This document shows positions 59,734 to 64,000 of a stretch of 64,000 bases of DNA, piece by piece. A model generated the notes under the pieces. It worked only from the letters and a program-made list of their open reading frames with translations, did not search any database and had not been told where the DNA came from. The position numbers and the translations under genes were made by a program. The number at the start of each line of letters is the position of its first letter. The first letter of the stretch is position 1. The stretch is from Nitrospiraceae bacterium (GTDB lineage Bacteria > Nitrospirota > Nitrospiria > Nitrospirales > Nitrospiraceae): positions 101,520 through 165,519 of the forward strand of contig JBDZUK010000001.1 in NCBI GenBank assembly GCA_040255165.1, given 5' to 3'.

Positions 59734-60453
59734 ATGGCAAAGCGCTTCAACATCCGGATGGCCGGCGTCGGTGGGCAAGGTGTCGTGACCGGCTCCCACA
59801 TTCTGAGCACGGCCGTCATCAACGCGGGCGGGGAGAGCACGATCGTGCCGTTCTACGGCTCTGAAAAGCGGATGGCGCCGGTCGAAAGCTATGTGCGGGT
59901 TTCCGACGAGCCGATCTATGAGATCGGGGAGATTACGTTCCCGCATATCATTATCATCTTCCATCCGCAGGTCATTACGCATGGCAAGTCCTATACCATG
60001 CCGTTCTATTTCGGCCTCAAGGAAGACGGTGTGGCGTTGATCAACAACGACGGGCCGATGAAGCTTCATAAGGACCAGGCACGCGAATTGGAAGAGCGCC
60101 GTGCGAAGCTGTACTATCTGCCAGCGACGAAGCTATCGCTGGAGGTGGCCGGGATGGATCTTGCGACCAACATGGCCTTGATGGGCGCGATCGGCTGCAT
60201 CACCGGGCTGACCACCATTGATGCCTTAGCTCAAGCGGTGAAGGACCGGTTTCTCGGCAAAGGCTTCGTTGTATCAGGCGGAACGGCGGCCTTGGACAGC
60301 GTCGTCGAGCGAAAATTCAAGAAGAAGCAAGAACTCATCGAAAAGAACGTCGCAGTCATCAAGGCTGGATGGGACTATGCTGCTCAGAACGGCTGGGACG
60401 AAGTCAGCAAGGCTGCGAGGAAGGCGGAAGCCGCGGCTGCGGCCAGAGCCTGA
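59734..60453 (+). CDS. 2-oxoacid:ferredoxin oxidoreductase, gamma subunit
   Basis: It has the N-terminal motif IRMAGVGGQGVVT typical of OFOR gamma subunits and is 239 aa. Confidence 0.85.
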   Translation: MAKRFNIRMAGVGGQGVVTGSHILSTAVINAGGESTIVPFYGSEKRMAPVESYVRVSDEPIYEIGEITFPHIIIIFHPQVITHGKSYTMPFYFGLKEDGVALINNDGPMKLHKDQARELEERRAKLYYLPATKLSLEVAGMDLATNMALMGAIGCITGLTTIDALAQAVKDRFLGKGFVVSGGTAALDSVVERKFKKKQELIEKNVAVIKAGWDYAAQNGWDEVSKAARKAEAAAAARA

Positions 60454-60471
60454 TCACCCCGAGAGGATTCG

Positions 60472-60795
60472 ATGTATCTCGTTGCGGATATCGATGTCGA
60501 CATTTGTGCGGCCAAGAGCTGCAAGCTGTGCACGCAGTACTGCCCGGAGGCGAATACCATTCTCTACAGCGATGAAATGGGGAAAGACAAGGGACACAAG
60601 TATGGATCGGCCTACGTAGCCGTCGACCGATGCAAGGGCTGCGCGCAATGCGTTTGGGTGTGTGACAACATGGCCAAGAATCACGCCATCAAGATGATCA
60701 TGATCGATCAGTTGCCGAAGGCGGCGCTGACAGACAATATCACGTACGGGGAGAAGTCCACCACAGCGGTCCTGGCCAGTCCAGTGGTCGGGTGA
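60472..60795 (+). CDS. dicluster 4Fe-4S ferredoxin-like small subunit (epsilon-type) of the oxidoreductase
   Basis: It has two Cys clusters: CAAKSCKLCTQYCP and CKGCAQCVWVCD. It is 107 aa. Confidence 0.8.
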   Translation: MYLVADIDVDICAAKSCKLCTQYCPEANTILYSDEMGKDKGHKYGSAYVAVDRCKGCAQCVWVCDNMAKNHAIKMIMIDQLPKAALTDNITYGEKSTTAVLASPVVG

Positions 60796-60813
60796 CGAGA
60801 AGGGGGAAAGGGA

Positions 60814-61578
60814 GTGGCAACGACACAAGACACGAGAGAGCGGATTATTATTCCAGGTCCGGCTGGGTTTCACCCGCCGTCGGCCGCGCAGTTGGGAGTG
60901 TCGCTCCCTGATCCCGGACAAGGCCTTTTTTATGGCCTGCTCGAGCCTGACGAAAACAAGGTGATCGAGGAGATGGCCAAGAAGATGCTGACCAGCCCCA
61001 ATGCCACCATCTTTCCCGGCCCGATGGTGTTGTGGGCTTGGAACGAGCATGCGGTGGAGAAAGCCAAGGCGTTGCTCGAGATTGCGGCCCAAATCCCCGA
61101 AGTCATGATTATCCCGATGCCAGATTACCGCCCGAAGTACCCCAAGATCGATCCCGAAGAAGTCATCAATCCCAACCACCCGAACCTTACGATTTGGGGG
61201 AATAAGATCGAAGCCTGCGTGTTTGTGGGAGTGCATTGTCACTACGCCAATCTGACATTGAAGATGATCCGGGCCGGGACGAATTGTTGCACCATGGCGA
61301 TTTGCGCGGAACAGGGCCATGAAGACGCGATGTTGACGATCCGCGATGCCGACACCGATAAGTTGAGAAAGACTGCGCGGATTTTCAAGAAGGTTCGGGA
61401 AGAGATGGGCATCAAGCTGCCGGAAAACGGGGAAAACGTTCGGTTCACCGGGACCCAATCAAAAGTGCACGGAGGCAAGACTCATACGAATCCGCTGATG
61501 TTCACGCCGTCTCCCGGAGGCCTGGGTAGCGCGGCCGCGTTCGGCCATTCGGCCGAACAGATGAAACGCGAGGGGTAG
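60814..61578 (+). CDS. oxidoreductase-associated subunit (delta-type of the five-subunit OFORs)
   Basis: It is a 254-aa protein embedded between the ferredoxin-like and alpha subunit genes. Its size matches the roughly 29 kDa ForD/PorD of Hydrogenobacter. I see no independent motif. Confidence 0.6.
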   Translation: MATTQDTRERIIIPGPAGFHPPSAAQLGVSLPDPGQGLFYGLLEPDENKVIEEMAKKMLTSPNATIFPGPMVLWAWNEHAVEKAKALLEIAAQIPEVMIIPMPDYRPKYPKIDPEEVINPNHPNLTIWGNKIEACVFVGVHCHYANLTLKMIRAGTNCCTMAICAEQGHEDAMLTIRDADTDKLRKTARIFKKVREEMGIKLPENGENVRFTGTQSKVHGGKTHTNPLMFTPSPGGLGSAAAFGHSAEQMKREG

Positions 61579-61616
61579 GCCGAGGGAGCCCACCGATATA
61601 CCGAAGAGGTGCAACG

Positions 61617-62960
61617 ATGAGCGAAGCGCTGGAAGCACAGCAAAAGACCAATCCCCAGGGCGACCCGATCACGAGCGTGGCGGTGCCGAAATCCGATGGG
61701 AAAAAGGACCCACACGCGGAAGCCAAGAAGCAGCGGGTGGTGACCCCTGAATACATGTTCTTGGAAGCGCCTCGCACGAAGGAATTCATCACGGGGAGCG
61801 AAGCCGCGAAGGAAGCCGTGCGCCGCTCCAATGTTGATTTGTCGATCGCCTATCCCATCACCCCCCAGAGCGAAACGATGCAGCTCATCGGCGTTCTGTA
61901 CGGGGAAGGCTACGTGAAAGAGTATTACCGCGGCGAAGAAGAGTACGGCGTGATGTCGGCCATCGCGGGCGGATCGAGAGCCGGGGTTCGCTGCTTCACG
62001 GCTACCGCCGGTCCAGGCACCCTGCGGGGTCTGGAGCCGATCGCATCATGGCCGGGCCATCGGCTTCCCGCCGTAGCGATGTTTACCTGCCGGGTCGTCA
62101 ACGCTCCGTTGGCCATTCAGCCGGATAATATCGAGGTCTCATACTTGTTGAACTGCGGCATGATCATCTTCCATGCCGAGAACCAGCAGGACATGTTCGA
62201 TTTCATCATGGCCGGGTTCACCATCAGCGAGAAAAACGACGTGACGCTGCCGGTGGGGGTCTGCTGCGACGGGTTCTTTGTGACGCACGCCCGCGGCTAT
62301 GTTCGTATGCAGGATCGTGGGATCAAGCTGCCTCCGCGCGAGGCCTATCGCGGTGCCGTGCCGGTGCTGGATGCAGAAAATCCGCCTGCCCGGCTGTCGC
62401 GTGATGCGCCGGTGCAGAAGTCGAACTTCATGGCGTACAACATTCACGCCGTGTGGCAGCAGGAAGTCTGGGCGGCGGTGGAGCGGTCTCGGAAGTACAT
62501 CAATAAGTACATAGGCGGTCTTTGCACGGCGGAAAATATGGAGGACGCCGACGCCGTCATCATCGCTTCAGGCAGCGCGGCGGCGCAGTCGAGGGAAGCG
62601 GTCCGGCTCTGCGCGGACAAAGGCATCAAGGTCGGTCTCATCAAGATTCGCTCGCTCCGGCCGTTCCCGACGGCCGAATTGCGGCAGTTGTGCGGCAAGA
62701 CCAAGCTCATCGTCATCCCCGAGTTCAACTATGTCGGATGGCTCGCCAAGGAAGTGGCCACCGCAATATACGGGTATTCGAAGGCAAAAATCATCGGCGG
62801 GCCGCGCGTATACGGCGGTCAGTCCATGCCGGTCGAATTGATCGTGGACGAAGTGGAATCCGGCTTGACCGGCAAGAAATCCACAAACGTGGCCCTGTCT
62901 TCGATCATGGGCGGCGAGGTGGATGCGGCCGAGGTTGCCCATTTCATGCGCAGCATCTGA
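61617..62960 (+). CDS. 2-oxoacid:ferredoxin oxidoreductase, alpha subunit
   Basis: It has the motifs ITGSEAAKEAVRRSNVDLSIAYPITPQSE and TATAGPG, and a length of 447 aa. Confidence 0.88.
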   Translation: MSEALEAQQKTNPQGDPITSVAVPKSDGKKDPHAEAKKQRVVTPEYMFLEAPRTKEFITGSEAAKEAVRRSNVDLSIAYPITPQSETMQLIGVLYGEGYVKEYYRGEEEYGVMSAIAGGSRAGVRCFTATAGPGTLRGLEPIASWPGHRLPAVAMFTCRVVNAPLAIQPDNIEVSYLLNCGMIIFHAENQQDMFDFIMAGFTISEKNDVTLPVGVCCDGFFVTHARGYVRMQDRGIKLPPREAYRGAVPVLDAENPPARLSRDAPVQKSNFMAYNIHAVWQQEVWAAVERSRKYINKYIGGLCTAENMEDADAVIIASGSAAAQSREAVRLCADKGIKVGLIKIRSLRPFPTAELRQLCGKTKLIVIPEFNYVGWLAKEVATAIYGYSKAKIIGGPRVYGGQSMPVELIVDEVESGLTGKKSTNVALSSIMGGEVDAAEVAHFMRSI

Positions 62961-62984
62961 ACAGGGACTAAGCGTGCAAAAGCA

Positions 62985-63026
62985 AAGAGCCTGTCCGGGG
63001 TCCCCGGACAGGCTCTTGTATTTTGT
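62985..63026. terminator. strong, probably bidirectional, intrinsic terminator
   Basis: A perfect 16-bp inverted repeat, AAGAGCCTGTCCGGGG-T-CCCCGGACAGGCTCTT (62985-63017), is followed by GTATTTTGT on the + strand and preceded by CAAAAGCAA, which is a T-tract on the - strand. Confidence 0.75.
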
Positions 63027-63123
63027 AGCGGATAGCGTGACGCGCGCGGCGTATCTGATCAATTGTGAAGCGTGAAACGCGGGCGGGAATGCGAAAGACG
63101 CTTCATGCGATACGAGCGACCAG

Positions 63124-63372
63124 TCAACTTTGCAGGTCCTCCTGTATAAGCTCCTCGCTGTCCGGCATGCCGTGGGCAATGAATTTCGCGTACGACAGGT
63201 AAATCATGCTGCTATCCCGCATGGCCTTGTAGCCCTGCGTCATGCGGGCCAACTTTTCGGATTCAGGGCCTTCAGTCTTTCTCAACTCCGAGACCTGCTC
63301 CTGTAGCACGAGCGTGAATCGTTCCATCGCCTGCTCGACTTCTCTATAGGCCTGTAGAATCGTGTGAGTCAT
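63124..63372 (-). CDS. hypothetical small helical protein (82 aa)
   Basis: A strong GAGGAGGA lies 5-6 nt before the ATG at 63372. I recognise no family. Confidence 0.5.
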   Translation of the reverse strand: MTHTILQAYREVEQAMERFTLVLQEQVSELRKTEGPESEKLARMTQGYKAMRDSSMIYLSYAKFIAHGMPDSEELIQEDLQS

Positions 63373-63410
63373 CGGTTGTCCTCCTCGGTGAAGGCAGCAT
63401 ACACTAGCCT

Positions 63411-64000
63411 ATGGACCCCTTCAACAAGCCGAGCCCGTATCGTCTTTCCTCACAGGTGATCGGCGCACTGACCAAGGTCGGTGCGTTGCAAGGGCCCACT
63501 ACCGAGAGGCGCCTCAGCAAGGGCGTAGCCGAGCTCTCCCGCCTCTTTACGGTCGACCGCAGCCGCAGGCCTGCCGATTATCTGGAACGCCCTGAGTATG
63601 CGGCAGCCTATCTGGGCTATTTCCTTCCTGTTAACCTGGCGAAGGTCCAGATCTTATTGGAGGAGTTGCCGACCGTGACCTGGCAAGAGGACGGGCAACG
63701 CCCCCTGTCCGTGCTCGATCTTGGAATTGGACCGGGAACTGGCGCGCTGGCTTTCCTGGACTGGGCCCATCGGACCGGGCGGACCGCCGGCAGGCCGGTT
63801 CATGTGGTCGGGGTCGATCGATCGCAACGCGCTCTTCACGATGCTTCACGGCTGTGGCAAACGTATGTCGACGAAAACCGGCTCAGCGCGGTTCAGCTCC
63901 GCCTGGTTCACGCTGACGTGGAGAAGAGGGCGGGCGGCCCTTTTGCAGAGAAAATCGAAAGAGGGAAACCCTTTGATCTGGTGATCCTCGCCAATTGCCT
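63411..64000 (+). CDS. SAM-dependent methyltransferase, Rsm22-like; only the 5' part is present because the gene runs off the right edge
   Basis: Manual translation from the ATG at 63411 is stop-free to the window end, and an in-frame TAG lies 6 nt upstream. It has SAM motif I (VLDLGIGPGTGALAF) and an N-terminal YAAAYLGYFLPVNLAKV block like the Rsm22 family. Confidence 0.6.
   Translation, partial: MDPFNKPSPYRLSSQVIGALTKVGALQGPTTERRLSKGVAELSRLFTVDRSRRPADYLERPEYAAAYLGYFLPVNLAKVQILLEELPTVTWQEDGQRPLSVLDLGIGPGTGALAFLDWAHRTGRTAGRPVHVVGVDRSQRALHDASRLWQTYVDENRLSAVQLRLVHADVEKRAGGPFAEKIERGKPFDLVILANC

Overview
This is a high-GC (roughly 60%), densely packed bacterial chromosomal segment, and most of it is housekeeping.

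Gene order, left to right:
- A partial exported protein (-) and asnS.
- A complete dcw cluster without mraZ: rsmH-ftsL-ftsI-murE-murF-mraY-murD-ftsW-murG-murC-murB-ddl-ftsQ-ftsA-ftsZ.
- A ylm-like set: pgeF-yggS-proC-yggT-DivIVA.
- A serine hydrolase, a small hypothetical gene (-) and pgsA.
- pilC plus a PilS/PilR-like two-component pair.
- ispE-prs-rplY-pth-ychF.
- The only clearly accessory stretch: a minus-strand imuB-dnaE2-UdgX-like-isochorismatase-family operon, abutted by a decayed IS5-family transposase.
- rpsF-ssb-rpsR, then yceD-rpmF-plsX-fabH-fabD-fabG-acpP-fabF-rnc.
- A periplasmic cyclophilin and three uncharacterised exported or Cys-rich proteins.
- folD-metF-panB and two tandem DUF2238 genes.
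- DUF309-apaH-queF-MetV-like on the minus strand.
- A five-gene 2-oxoacid:ferredoxin oxidoreductase operon (beta-gamma-ferredoxin-delta-alpha) of the Hydrogenobacter/Nitrospira type.
- A partial Rsm22-like methyltransferase at the right edge.

Gene content and GC fit a Nitrospira-like rTCA autotroph. That is an inference and was not verified by any search.

I saw no rRNA, tRNA, CRISPR array or obvious defence or toxin system by eye. Many long antisense ORFs in the track are high-GC shadow ORFs.

I do not see an unambiguous novel multi-gene system. The best candidates for a second look are:
1. The imuA-less mutasome operon extended by a UdgX-type uracil-DNA crosslinking protein and a cysteine hydrolase, with a palindrome over its promoter.
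2. MraZ-box-like 10-bp repeats at the dcw promoter although no mraZ gene is present.
3. A stand-alone MetV/MTHFR_C-like Cys-motif protein next to the oxidoreductase operon.
4. An SSB without the canonical C-terminal tip.
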